Assembly (NCBI GenBank): GCA_002790175.1
Contig: PFUQ01000174.1
Location: 1 to 40,961, forward strand
DNA length: 40,961 nt
Source of the DNA: Flavobacteriales bacterium CG_4_9_14_3_um_filter_32_8
Lineage (GTDB): Bacteria > Bacteroidota > Bacteroidia > Flavobacteriales_E > Vicingaceae
Reading direction: 5' to 3'
The notes beneath the pieces were generated by a model that saw nothing but the letters and a program-made list of their open reading frames with translations, made no database searches and had not been told where the DNA came from. Shown here piece by piece: positions 15,738-24,503 of the stretch; position 1 is the stretch's first letter; each line of letters begins with the position of its first letter. The position numbers and the translations under genes are program-made.

Positions 15738-16634
15738 ATGAAGAAAAAAGTATTATTTGTAGCTTCTTTATTTGTAGCTACCGCAATTTTTGCACAAGAC
15801 GGTTTAACGTCAAAAAAAGGTGAAGCATACTTACCAGAAGCTGGTGATTGGTCTATCGGCTTTAATGCTAGTGCTCTAACCTATTATGCTGGTAATTTAT
15901 TTAATGGTAACGTATCAAACACAGCTTTAACTTCTGGTAGCTGGATGAATGGTTCAGTTGACCAAGAAATTAGATTTAAAATGTTCAAAGATGAAAAAAC
16001 TGCTTATAGATTAAGAGCTAGAATTGGTATGAGCTCTAGTGGTGGTGACCTTTTAGGTAAATATGACCAAGACGCTAATGATTCTACAGAAATCCAAGAT
16101 TACGTTGTTAATACAAAAAATTCAAATGGATTTACTGTAATTTTAGGAGCTGGTATTGAAAAAAGAAGAGGTAACACTAGAATTCAAGGATATTATGGTG
16201 GTGAAATTTTCTTCGGTTTATTAGGTGGTACTGACACTAAAACTGATGATGGAAGAATTCTTTCTGATGACTGGTTTCAACCTGTAGGTGCAGATCCTTA
16301 TGATTATGCTGGTACTTTTTCAGGTAATGTAAGAACTACAGAAGTTAAAACTGGAAGTGGATTTACCCTTGGATTACAAGGATTTATTGGTGTAGAATGG
16401 TTTTTTGCTCCAAAAGTATCTTTAGGTGCTGAGTACACTTGGGGTCTAGGAATGTCTTCTGTTGGAGAAGGTGAAACTACTACTGAGTACTGGGGTCTAA
16501 CTGACGTTGAAATTGCTACATTTTCTACAGCACCAAATCACGTAGTAACAGAAACAAATAAAACTGGTAAAACAGGTACTTTTTCTTTTGATACTGGACA
16601 CAATGCTATGTTAAATCTTAACTTCCACTTCTAA
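15738..16634 (+). CDS. outer-membrane beta-barrel (porin-like) protein
   Basis: 298 aa with signal peptide MKKKVLFVASLFVATAIFAQ, Gly/aromatic alternating strands and the terminal ...LNLNFHF (C-terminal Phe OMP signature). A strong terminator lies downstream. Confidence 0.8.
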   Translation: MKKKVLFVASLFVATAIFAQDGLTSKKGEAYLPEAGDWSIGFNASALTYYAGNLFNGNVSNTALTSGSWMNGSVDQEIRFKMFKDEKTAYRLRARIGMSSSGGDLLGKYDQDANDSTEIQDYVVNTKNSNGFTVILGAGIEKRRGNTRIQGYYGGEIFFGLLGGTDTKTDDGRILSDDWFQPVGADPYDYAGTFSGNVRTTEVKTGSGFTLGLQGFIGVEWFFAPKVSLGAEYTWGLGMSSVGEGETTTEYWGLTDVEIATFSTAPNHVVTETNKTGKTGTFSFDTGHNAMLNLNFHF

Positions 16635-16660
16635 GAAGTAGAATTAAAATAATAATTCAA

Positions 16661-16692
16661 AAGCCCCGACATTAACTGTCGGGGCTTTTTTT
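16661..16692 (+). terminator. Rho-independent terminator
   Basis: aagccccgac-attaact-gtcggggctt followed by a T-run, 27 nt after the stop codon. Confidence 0.85.
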
Positions 16693-16702
16693 GTAAAACC
16701 TA

Positions 16703-16739
16703 AACCTAACAGGTTTCTAAAACCTGTTAGGTTTTCTTT
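16703..16739. terminator. second perfect 13-bp hairpin (aacctaacaggtt-tctaa-aacctgttaggtt), possibly a bidirectional terminator
   Basis: Read directly. Followed by ttctttg on the + strand. Confidence 0.45.
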
Positions 16740-16912
16740 GATAGCATTTTTTGTCAACAAAAAAAGTGTAGTGTAAAATACAGAAAATAATTTTAAAGTT
16801 GTCAGATATTGGGATGGTAAAGTTGTTAAAAACAACGATAATATGGCTCACTCGGCACAGCCGAGCGAGGTTTACCCCAGTATATAGAGTTATTTCCACA
16901 TCATCCACTACC

Positions 16913-17046
16913 ATCATTGTGAGTGGAACGCAGTGTGGTGAAGCACCACGAATTAATACATTAATTTACAATAAAAACTGTCCTTCGATTAGACAGATTA
17001 CTTCATCTCCTACGCTCAATTCCAACGCTTGGGCTTCGCAATGACG
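16913..17046. repeat. intergenic palindromic repeat element of the (G/A)TCATTG(C/T)GAG...CTTCGCAATGAC family
   Basis: Left end atcattgtgagtggaacgcagtgtggtgaagca. Internal hairpin ctgtc-cttcgatta-gacag. Right end agattacttcatc...cttcgcaatgacg. The arms resemble the ribD insert at 25035-25121. Extra hairpins at 16851-16865 (ctcggc-aca-gccgag) and 17063-17086 (gtcat...atgac). Confidence 0.6.
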
Positions 17047-17129
17047 TATTTTAAATTCCTTTGTCATCAAAATCAAGGAATGACGATGTTCTTTAAAGGT
17101 GTCGGGGGAAGTGATGAATTATAAATCTT

Positions 17130-17753
17130 TCATTTTCCTTCAAATAATCCATAAACTTGGGCATCAATAGATTGAATAATCTTGCCTAAATCTTCAGCAT
17201 TTTCCGAAAAATTATTGGTATCAACATCTACGATTAATATTTTTCCTTGGTCATAAGTTGATATCCAAGCTTCATATCGTTCATTCAAACACTTTAAATA
17301 ATCTATTCGAATACTTTCTTCATAATCTCTACCTCTTTTTTGTATTTGATTTACTAAAGTAGGAACGGAAGCTCTCAAATAAATTAAGATATCTGGAGGT
17401 TGAATAAAAGTTTCTTGCAATTTAAACAAAGAAAAATAAGTTTCGAAATCGCGAGTAGTCATTAACCCCATCGAATGTAGGTTGGGTGCAAAAATGTAAG
17501 CATCCTCATATAAAGTTCTATCTTGGATTACATTTTTTTTATTTTTTCTAATCTCCTGGATTTTACTAATTCTACTGGTCATGTAGTAAATTTGGAGATT
17601 AAATGACCAGCGTTGCATATCATTATAAAAATCATTTAAAAAAGGATTTTCATCCACATCTTCAAAATGGGCATCCCATTTGTAATGTTTTGCTAATAAT
17701 GTTGTTAAAGTTGTCTTTCCAGACCCTATATTTCCAGCTACTGCGATTAACAT
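17130..17753 (-). CDS. deoxynucleoside kinase
   Basis: 207 aa. P-loop IAVAGNIGSGKTTL, then FEDVDENPFLNDFYNDMQRWSFNLQIYYMTSR and the DRTLYED motif typical of the dNK/dCK/dGK family. Confidence 0.9.
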   Translation of the reverse strand: MLIAVAGNIGSGKTTLTTLLAKHYKWDAHFEDVDENPFLNDFYNDMQRWSFNLQIYYMTSRISKIQEIRKNKKNVIQDRTLYEDAYIFAPNLHSMGLMTTRDFETYFSLFKLQETFIQPPDILIYLRASVPTLVNQIQKRGRDYEESIRIDYLKCLNERYEAWISTYDQGKILIVDVDTNNFSENAEDLGKIIQSIDAQVYGLFEGK

Positions 17754-17805
17754 ATATAATTTTTAAAAAGAAATTAAAAATACAAAAAAATGTGTTCAAT
17801 TCTGC

Positions 17806-18603
17806 TTAGTATTCAATTTTGTCAATAAATAGTTGCTTATTTTTATCAACAATGTAAATTAAGTTATTTTCAACACGAACTGAAACCGTTGAATTGTATT
17901 TCTTTGGTTGATATTTTGTTTTTTTTAAAGTAAAAAAATCGTAGGTTTCAACTTCTCCATTTAAATTAGAATAAATGATAAATTTATCTTTTACTTGAAA
18001 ACTAGATAACTCGTATAATGGTATTGTTTTAAGATAGGAACCATAACTATCGAATACCAAAATTCCATTTTTCGGATCATTTAAATAGAGCATATTGTTA
18101 TATTCTATTAAATAATTTGGTTGGATGTTTTCAGCTAATAAATTAGATAAATTTCCTGAGGAATTAGTGGTTATTAATTCTTGATTTTTTCGAATTAACT
18201 CAAAGCGAATTGGGTCGTAATACCATGTTCCGTCATTATATGACCTACAAACTAATGTAGTTTCATATAGTTCAAGTGTCGTTAAATCAATTACTTCACT
18301 TGATGGGGATAAGGTATTGTCTAATATTAATATTTTGGTAAATTCTTTAAAATAAACAAGAATTTTTTGTGGATTGCTCACATCAACATTGGAAATAATT
18401 CCTAACATATTATTGCTAAAAGAATACTCCAATTTTCCATCTGTTGCATACTTATTAATTGTAGTATTACTTATTTCATAATAATAGCCCAACTGGTCTG
18501 TCGTTATTGTAGTTCCAGTAAATGCTACTGATTTTACCTGAGCAAATGTAGGTAAGAAGAGTAATGTCGTTAAAAAAAGCAATAATTGTTTCATGACAAG
18601 CAT
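17806..18603 (-). CDS. hypothetical periplasmic/secreted protein
   Basis: 265-aa ORF with a signal peptide (MKQLLLFLTTLLFLPTFAQ from the internal ATG at 18594). Beta-rich and repetitive in character. No family recognised. Confidence 0.65.
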   Translation of the reverse strand: MLVMKQLLLFLTTLLFLPTFAQVKSVAFTGTTITTDQLGYYYEISNTTINKYATDGKLEYSFSNNMLGIISNVDVSNPQKILVYFKEFTKILILDNTLSPSSEVIDLTTLELYETTLVCRSYNDGTWYYDPIRFELIRKNQELITTNSSGNLSNLLAENIQPNYLIEYNNMLYLNDPKNGILVFDSYGSYLKTIPLYELSSFQVKDKFIIYSNLNGEVETYDFFTLKKTKYQPKKYNSTVSVRVENNLIYIVDKNKQLFIDKIEY

Positions 18604-18618
18604 TTTTTCAAGCTAAAA

Positions 18619-20127
18619 TTATACCATTTGCATCAATTCATCAACATAAATAGTGTCATTTGATAAACGAGGAATTTTATGCTGTCCTCCCAATTGATTT
18701 TTATTTTTCATCCATTTATAAAATGTGCCAGAAGTTAATTGAGTTATTTCAGGTTTTGAAAGTATCATGTTGTTAAATCTTTTCGCTTCATAATCAGAAT
18801 TCAATTGTTTCAACTCGTTGTCTAATAGGGTAGAAAAGTAATCAATATTTTGTGGTGATTTTTTAAATTCAATCAACCATTGATGTTTTCCAGTTGATTT
18901 GTCTATGAAAAATTGTGGAGCGACCGTAAACTCTTCTACAACAGCATCTGTTACCATACAAGCTTTAGAAAGTGCATTTTCGGCATTTTCAATAATTAAC
19001 TCTTCACCAAACGCATTAATATAATGTTTTATTCTGCCTGTAACTTTAATTCTAAAAGGACTTAACGAAGTAAATTCTATGGTGTCGCCAATTACATATC
19101 TCCATAAACCTGCATTGGTAGAAATAACGATGGCATAGTTCTTTTTAAGTTGAACATCGGCTAATGTAATTGTTTTTGGAGAGGGTTGGTCTATTTCATT
19201 TTTTTCAATAAACTCATAAAAGATTCCATAATCCAACATGAGTAACATTTCTTCTACTCTACTTTGATCTTGTAATCCAAAAAATCCTTCAGAAGCATTG
19301 TAATTTTCATAATAGTTCATTTGTTTACCTGGTATAATCTTTTTAAACTGCTCTTTATAAGGCGAGAAATTAACTCCTCCATGTAAGTACAACTCTAAGT
19401 TTGGCCATACTTCTAATAAATTACTTTTCCCATTAATTTCTAAAATTCGATTTAATAAAAATAGAGTCCAGGAAGGTACTCCAGAGATATTAGACACATC
19501 TTCATGAATTGTAGCTTGAGCCATTTTTTCAATTTTTTCTTCCCAATTATTCATTATTGCAATAGCTAATTCGGGAACCCTTCGTTGTTCCACCCACATC
19601 GGAAAATTTTTCATAATGATGGCTGATAAATCACCATAATAAGAGTTGTTACTAAATGAGTTAATTTCACTACTTCCGCCAACTACCAACACTTTTCCTA
19701 GTATTAATTTTGTTTCTGGATGATTGTTATGATAAATTGCTAGAAGGTCTTTTCCTCCTTTATAATGACAATCTACTAACGATTCTTTACTTACTGGAAT
19801 AAATTTGCTTTTACCTGTTGTAGTTCCAGAAGATTTTGCGAACCATTTGATATCCGATGGCCAAAGTATATTTTGCTCTCCTTGTTTAATTCTTAGTATC
19901 TGATTTTGTAAACTTTCATAGCTTTGCAAAGGAACTCGATTGATGAATTCATCATAACTTTTAATAGATTGGTAATCATATTTTTTTCCCCACTCTGTAT
20001 TTTTTGCAGTAATTAATAAATTATTAAACAATTCCTGTTGCACATCAATAGGATATTTCATAAAAAGCTCCATTTGATGAATCCTTTTTTTAATAATCCA
20101 CGAAAACACAGAATTAATTAACTCCAC
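18619..20127 (-). CDS. GH3 (auxin-responsive promoter) family adenylate-forming enzyme
   Basis: 502 aa with a GTG start. The N-terminus ...HQMELFMKYPIDVQQELFNNLLITAKNTEWGKKYDY, the SSGTTTGKSKFIP adenylation motif and the overall length match the bacterial GH3 family. Confidence 0.85.
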   Translation of the reverse strand: MELINSVFSWIIKKRIHQMELFMKYPIDVQQELFNNLLITAKNTEWGKKYDYQSIKSYDEFINRVPLQSYESLQNQILRIKQGEQNILWPSDIKWFAKSSGTTTGKSKFIPVSKESLVDCHYKGGKDLLAIYHNNHPETKLILGKVLVVGGSSEINSFSNNSYYGDLSAIIMKNFPMWVEQRRVPELAIAIMNNWEEKIEKMAQATIHEDVSNISGVPSWTLFLLNRILEINGKSNLLEVWPNLELYLHGGVNFSPYKEQFKKIIPGKQMNYYENYNASEGFFGLQDQSRVEEMLLMLDYGIFYEFIEKNEIDQPSPKTITLADVQLKKNYAIVISTNAGLWRYVIGDTIEFTSLSPFRIKVTGRIKHYINAFGEELIIENAENALSKACMVTDAVVEEFTVAPQFFIDKSTGKHQWLIEFKKSPQNIDYFSTLLDNELKQLNSDYEAKRFNNMILSKPEITQLTSGTFYKWMKNKNQLGGQHKIPRLSNDTIYVDELMQMV

Positions 20128-20165
20128 TTTATTAATTTTACGATTCTACTAACTTAATCAAATAT

Positions 20166-20963
20166 ATGCAATTTACCGGTCAAATTAGAAAAATGTACGC
20201 AAAATTAGGTGTTGAAGTTGAATATCACCTACCCATTGGAGATGATTTAATTGCTATGAATCAGTTTGTTGGAAAAGAAATTTCTTTGGCATTTCAGCAT
20301 CAAATCATTTGTATTAAATGTGGCAGGGAAACTGTAAAATCATTTAATCAAGGTTTTTGCTATTCGTGTTTTAGAGATGCTCCTGAGGCAGCAGATTGGT
20401 TTATACATCCCGAAAAATCTAAAGCACATTTAGGTATTGAGGATAGAAATTTATCTTATGAAGAAGAAGTTCAACTGACTCCTCATTTGGTGTATTTATC
20501 GTTAACAAGTGATGTTAAGGTCGGGGTAACTCGAGATACACAAATACCAACTCGGTGGATAGACCAAGGTGCTGTGAAAGCAATAAAATTGGCAATTACG
20601 CCCAATCGTTATCTGGCAGGTATGATTGAAGTTAGTCTAAAAAACTATATGGCAGACAAAACCAACTGGAGAAACATGTTAATGAACATTTACCCAACTA
20701 TTGATTTAATTGAAAAGAAAAATGAAACCAAAGCTTTATTAGCATCAGAATACCATCAATATTTTGTAGAACAAAATGAAGTGCTTGAAATCAATTTCCC
20801 AGTAATCAATTACCCAGTAAAAGTGAAAAGTATTGGTTTTGATGAAGTTCCTGAATATACAGGGAAATTAGTGGGAATAAAAGGTCAATACTTATTGTTT
20901 GCCAACGGAATTGTGTTAAATATTAGGAAACATGGTGGATATGTGATAACTTTATCTTATTAA
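20166..20963 (+). CDS. DUF2797 family protein (Cys4 zinc-ribbon-like motif)
   Basis: 265 aa. CIKCGRETVKSFNQGFCYSCF motif and overall pattern of DUF2797. Divergent from the GH3 gene with a 38-bp spacer. Confidence 0.7.
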   Translation: MQFTGQIRKMYAKLGVEVEYHLPIGDDLIAMNQFVGKEISLAFQHQIICIKCGRETVKSFNQGFCYSCFRDAPEAADWFIHPEKSKAHLGIEDRNLSYEEEVQLTPHLVYLSLTSDVKVGVTRDTQIPTRWIDQGAVKAIKLAITPNRYLAGMIEVSLKNYMADKTNWRNMLMNIYPTIDLIEKKNETKALLASEYHQYFVEQNEVLEINFPVINYPVKVKSIGFDEVPEYTGKLVGIKGQYLLFANGIVLNIRKHGGYVITLSY

Positions 20964-20982
20964 AGTTTATTTTATGAAAGAG

Positions 20983-21042
20983 TCATGAGCAAAATGCTCA
21001 CCAACAACGATGAATATTCTATCCCGAGTACTCGGGATGACC
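20983..21042. repeat. short GC-rich palindromic element bounded by GTCAT...ATGAC
   Basis: gtcatgagcaaaatgctcac...tcccgagtactcgggatgac. Contains the hairpin tgagca-aaa-tgctca (20986-21000) and a perfect 16-nt palindrome tcccgagtactcggga (21022-21037). Confidence 0.55.
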
Positions 21043-21066
21043 GATTTACTAAAATAAAATACACCT

Positions 21067-22410
21067 ATGAAAAATATTTTTTTATTCTGCACATTGCTTT
21101 TCTTTTGTTTCTTTGCTCAGGCTCAGGCTCAAGATTACGGTTATATTAATGGTGTTGAACTTGCTAATATGCCAATGCCTATTTCCAATAATGCAGTTGT
21201 TGGTGTTTGGGCAAATGATACTGCGTATGTGTTTTCATTTGGAGGCATAGATAGCACCAAAATTTGGTCAGGCATTACGCTAAAATCTTTTCGATACAAT
21301 ACTACCACTGATTTATGGGATACCATTCTTCCTTTGCCAGATACATTAGGAAAGATAGCTTCTGCAGCTAGTTATGTGGATAGTATAATTTATATTATTG
21401 GCGGATACCATGTACTCTCCAATGGTAACGAAATTTCATCGAATAAAGTGCATCGATATCAACCAAGTACCAACAGTTATCTTTCGGATGGAGTCAACCT
21501 TCCAATTCCTGTTGATGATCAAGTACAAGTAGTTTGGAACGATAGTTTAATTTATATAATTACTGGGTGGAGTAACACTGGTAATATTCCTGATGTGCAA
21601 ATTTACGACCCAGCAAATGATAACTGGTTAGTTGGCACTCCTGTTCCTAATAACAATACCTATAAAGCCTTTGGAGCATCAGGACTCATTATTGGTAATA
21701 CCATTTATTATCACGGTGGTGCAAGTACAGGAATTAATTTTCCTGGACAAAATACCTTAAGAATCGGACAAATTAACCCCTTAAATCCTAGTCAAATTAC
21801 TTGGTCTTCTCAAAGTACAAGTTATGTTTCTTATCGTGCGGCAGCTATTTATGATTATTGGATGAATAAACCAGTTTTTGTTGGCGGTTCGGAAATTACT
21901 TATAATTATGATGGCATCGCATATAACGGTAGCGGTGGTGTTCCTCCAAAAGGATTTAGCCTAGGATTTGATGCTTATTCTCCTAATGATTTAGGACCAA
22001 CTTTTCAACAATATGTGGGGTTTGACACCATACTTCCAATCGATTTAAGAGGCATCGCTTTCCCTTTTTCGTATGGGAACTATATCGCTGGAGGGATGTT
22101 GTACAACCAAGAAGTGAGTAATAAAACTTATAAGATTTTTTATGATCATGCTGAGTCTGTGAATGAATTGACAAACGATAATCTTTTTAAACTTTTTCCT
22201 AATCCAGTTACCAACCAATTAACAATTGTTTTTAAAGAAATTGAAAAAAGAACAATCCGATTAATTGATGTTTTGGGTAAAAAAGTTTTAGAAGATAAAA
22301 ATAGTGATGTAACGATAAAAGTAAATGTGTCGCAATTTTCAAAAGGAATTTACTTATTAAAAGTAGAAACTGATAAGGAAAACTCTTCACAAAAAATTAT
22401 TATTCAATAA
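21067..22410 (+). CDS. Kelch-type beta-propeller protein with T9SS C-terminal sorting domain
   Basis: 447 aa with a signal peptide ...FAQAQAQ. Repeated IY(I/Y)xGG(Y/W/A) blades (SIIYIIGGY, SLIYIITGW, NTIYYHGGA, PVFVGGS, YIAGGM). CTD is FKLFPNPVTNQLTIVF...GIYLLKVETDKENSSQKIIIQ. Confidence 0.85.
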   Translation: MKNIFLFCTLLFFCFFAQAQAQDYGYINGVELANMPMPISNNAVVGVWANDTAYVFSFGGIDSTKIWSGITLKSFRYNTTTDLWDTILPLPDTLGKIASAASYVDSIIYIIGGYHVLSNGNEISSNKVHRYQPSTNSYLSDGVNLPIPVDDQVQVVWNDSLIYIITGWSNTGNIPDVQIYDPANDNWLVGTPVPNNNTYKAFGASGLIIGNTIYYHGGASTGINFPGQNTLRIGQINPLNPSQITWSSQSTSYVSYRAAAIYDYWMNKPVFVGGSEITYNYDGIAYNGSGGVPPKGFSLGFDAYSPNDLGPTFQQYVGFDTILPIDLRGIAFPFSYGNYIAGGMLYNQEVSNKTYKIFYDHAESVNELTNDNLFKLFPNPVTNQLTIVFKEIEKRTIRLIDVLGKKVLEDKNSDVTIKVNVSQFSKGIYLLKVETDKENSSQKIIIQ

Positions 22411-22433
22411 AAGAGGAGCTTTAAGCTCCTCTT
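22411..22433. terminator. bidirectional hairpin terminator between convergent genes
   Basis: aagaggagc-tttaa-gctcctctt, immediately after the TAA of the + gene and 26 nt from the stop of the - gene. Confidence 0.65.
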
Positions 22434-22458
22434 CTAAATTTTAGTAGTTAAAAGTTTA

Positions 22459-23277
22459 TTAATTTTTTCCATTAGTCATTCCAGAATCTAATTCAAAACT
22501 TACTTGTTGCCCTTCTAATTTTTTAGCTTCGGTTTCTACAAAAGTATCTTTCCAGATAATAGTCATGTTAGCGAATTGCATATCCGCAACTTTTCCTGGA
22601 ATATGAAAAACTGCTTTAAATTTCACCTCCTCTCCTTTTCTTACCATCTCAATTTGATCATCTTTATTGTCATTGGCATATTCTCTTCCTGAGTCATCTA
22701 CTTTGATAACCAATTTAGAAGGATTTATTAACCCAATTTTATTTCCTAAATAAGTACATTCAAATTGTAGAACAGCTTCTTGAGTTTTTAAAGAACTTTT
22801 AGTAAGGTTAACTTTAAAAAGATCAGTATTTACTGCATTTTTACTAGCAGGAATAGGAAAATCTTCCATTTTACTAACGTCTCCTGTTAACGGCACAATA
22901 GAGATGCCATCAACTTTTAGATTAAATTTATCTACATGAAATTGCTCTCCGCCATTTGCTTCAAGCACTTTACTTTTGCTGCTATTGGGTTTAATAAAAA
23001 ACTCTTTGGGTTGGTCAGAGAAACTTCCAAAATCAAATTCAAATTTAGAATCGCCTCTTTCGAAGAGTAAAAAATCGTTGGTTTTATTGGTTATTTTCAG
23101 TGCCAACTTACAAAATACAGTTCGTGACACCACATCAGAAAAATTTAAAACATATTCTGTTGTGGCTACATCGGTTATATTTTTATAATAATTGGTATGT
23201 TTCGGATTTACTTTTTGAGCCGAAGTAGTTATTGTTAATAGTAACAAAGACACTAATAATGTGTTAATTTTTTTCAT
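22459..23277 (-). CDS. hypothetical secreted protein
   Basis: 272-aa ORF with signal peptide MKKINTLLVSLLLLTITTSAQ. No family recognised. Confidence 0.65.
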   Translation of the reverse strand: MKKINTLLVSLLLLTITTSAQKVNPKHTNYYKNITDVATTEYVLNFSDVVSRTVFCKLALKITNKTNDFLLFERGDSKFEFDFGSFSDQPKEFFIKPNSSKSKVLEANGGEQFHVDKFNLKVDGISIVPLTGDVSKMEDFPIPASKNAVNTDLFKVNLTKSSLKTQEAVLQFECTYLGNKIGLINPSKLVIKVDDSGREYANDNKDDQIEMVRKGEEVKFKAVFHIPGKVADMQFANMTIIWKDTFVETEAKKLEGQQVSFELDSGMTNGKN

Positions 23278-23331
23278 AGTTATTATTTTAATTTTTTTTA
23301 TTCAATTTTCAACTATTATGCCAAAATAGCA

Positions 23332-24420
23332 TCATTTAAAATACCTAAAATCATGTTCATTTTTAATTGTTAAGAGCGATTCGTAGATTAAACTGATGAC
23401 GTTATCCACATCTTCTTTGTGAACCATTTCTACAGTAGTGTGCATGTATCTTAACGGTAAAGATATTAATGCCGAAGCCACTCCACCAGTGGCATAAGCA
23501 AAAGCATCGGTATCTGTTCCTGTAGCTCTTGAAGCTGCAGCTCGTTGGAAGGATATTTTGTTTTTTTCGGCAGCTTTAATTATTAATTTTAGAAGATTAT
23601 TATGCACCGCTGGTCCATAAGTTAATACCGGTCCTTTTCCTGCATAATTATCTCCTTGCTCAATTTTACTAATCATTGGAGTTTGCGTGTCGTGGCAAAC
23701 ATCAGTAACAATGGCTACATTTGGCTTAATATTTTGAACCATCATTTCAGCACCTCTTAATCCAACTTCTTCTTGAACAGAATTAATAATGTATAATCCA
23801 AAAGGTAATTTCACTTTGTTTTCTTTTAACAAACGAGCTACTTCAGCAATCATAAATCCTCCAATTCTATTATCTAAAGCTCTTCCAACATAATACCTGT
23901 TATTTAAAATCATAAATTCATCTTCATAAGTTACCACGCAACCCACATGAACGCCTAATTTTTCTACTTCAACTTTAGTGATGCATCCACAATCTAAAAA
24001 GATATTTTCCAATTTTGGAGTTTCTTCTTTACCTGCAGTGCGAGTATGGATAGCAGGCCATCCGAAAACTGCTTTTACAATGCCTTTATCGGTATGAATG
24101 TTTACTCTTTTTGAAGGAGCAATTTGATGATCTGAACCACCATTTCTTCTTAAATAGATGAAACCTGTGTCTGAAATGTAATGTACAAACCACGAAATTT
24201 CATCTGCATGAGCTTCAATAACTACTTTATATTTTGCCTTGGGATTTATAATGGCTGCAACAGAACCGTAAGTGTCTATAATATGTTCATCAACATAAGG
24301 TTTAATGTAAGCTAACCACATTTTTTGACCTTCCGACTCAAATCCAGTTGGTGCAGCATTATTAATGTAGTTTTCTAAAAATTGTAGTGATTTAGCAGTA
24401 ATTTTTGATTTTTTTGCCAT
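23332..24420 (-). CDS. M42 family metallopeptidase (glutamyl aminopeptidase / FrvX-like)
   Basis: 362 aa. VVIEAHADEI, GRALDNRIGG, VQEEVGLRGA and the LPLRYMHT motifs are typical of peptidase family M42. Confidence 0.9.
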   Translation of the reverse strand: MAKKSKITAKSLQFLENYINNAAPTGFESEGQKMWLAYIKPYVDEHIIDTYGSVAAIINPKAKYKVVIEAHADEISWFVHYISDTGFIYLRRNGGSDHQIAPSKRVNIHTDKGIVKAVFGWPAIHTRTAGKEETPKLENIFLDCGCITKVEVEKLGVHVGCVVTYEDEFMILNNRYYVGRALDNRIGGFMIAEVARLLKENKVKLPFGLYIINSVQEEVGLRGAEMMVQNIKPNVAIVTDVCHDTQTPMISKIEQGDNYAGKGPVLTYGPAVHNNLLKLIIKAAEKNKISFQRAAASRATGTDTDAFAYATGGVASALISLPLRYMHTTVEMVHKEDVDNVISLIYESLLTIKNEHDFRYFK

Positions 24421-24503
24421 GTCTTTATATTTATTTATAAACCAATAAAAAACGAAATTAAGAATTTGAAATTTTCTAATCGAAAAAGTAACTTATATAT
24501 TTT

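Noticed and set aside
16644-17044. Three overlapping ORFs (63, 66 and 81 aa) in the OMP-kinase gap
   Set aside because: They span terminator hairpins and palindromic repeat elements, and their peptides (e.g. ...VSGTQCGEAPR..., ...AWASQ) are just translations of the repeats. They are better explained as non-coding repeat DNA.
24421-24503. FMN riboswitch upstream of ribD
   Set aside because: The spacer is only 83 nt, extremely AT-rich, and lacks any of the conserved G/C-rich FMN aptamer helices.
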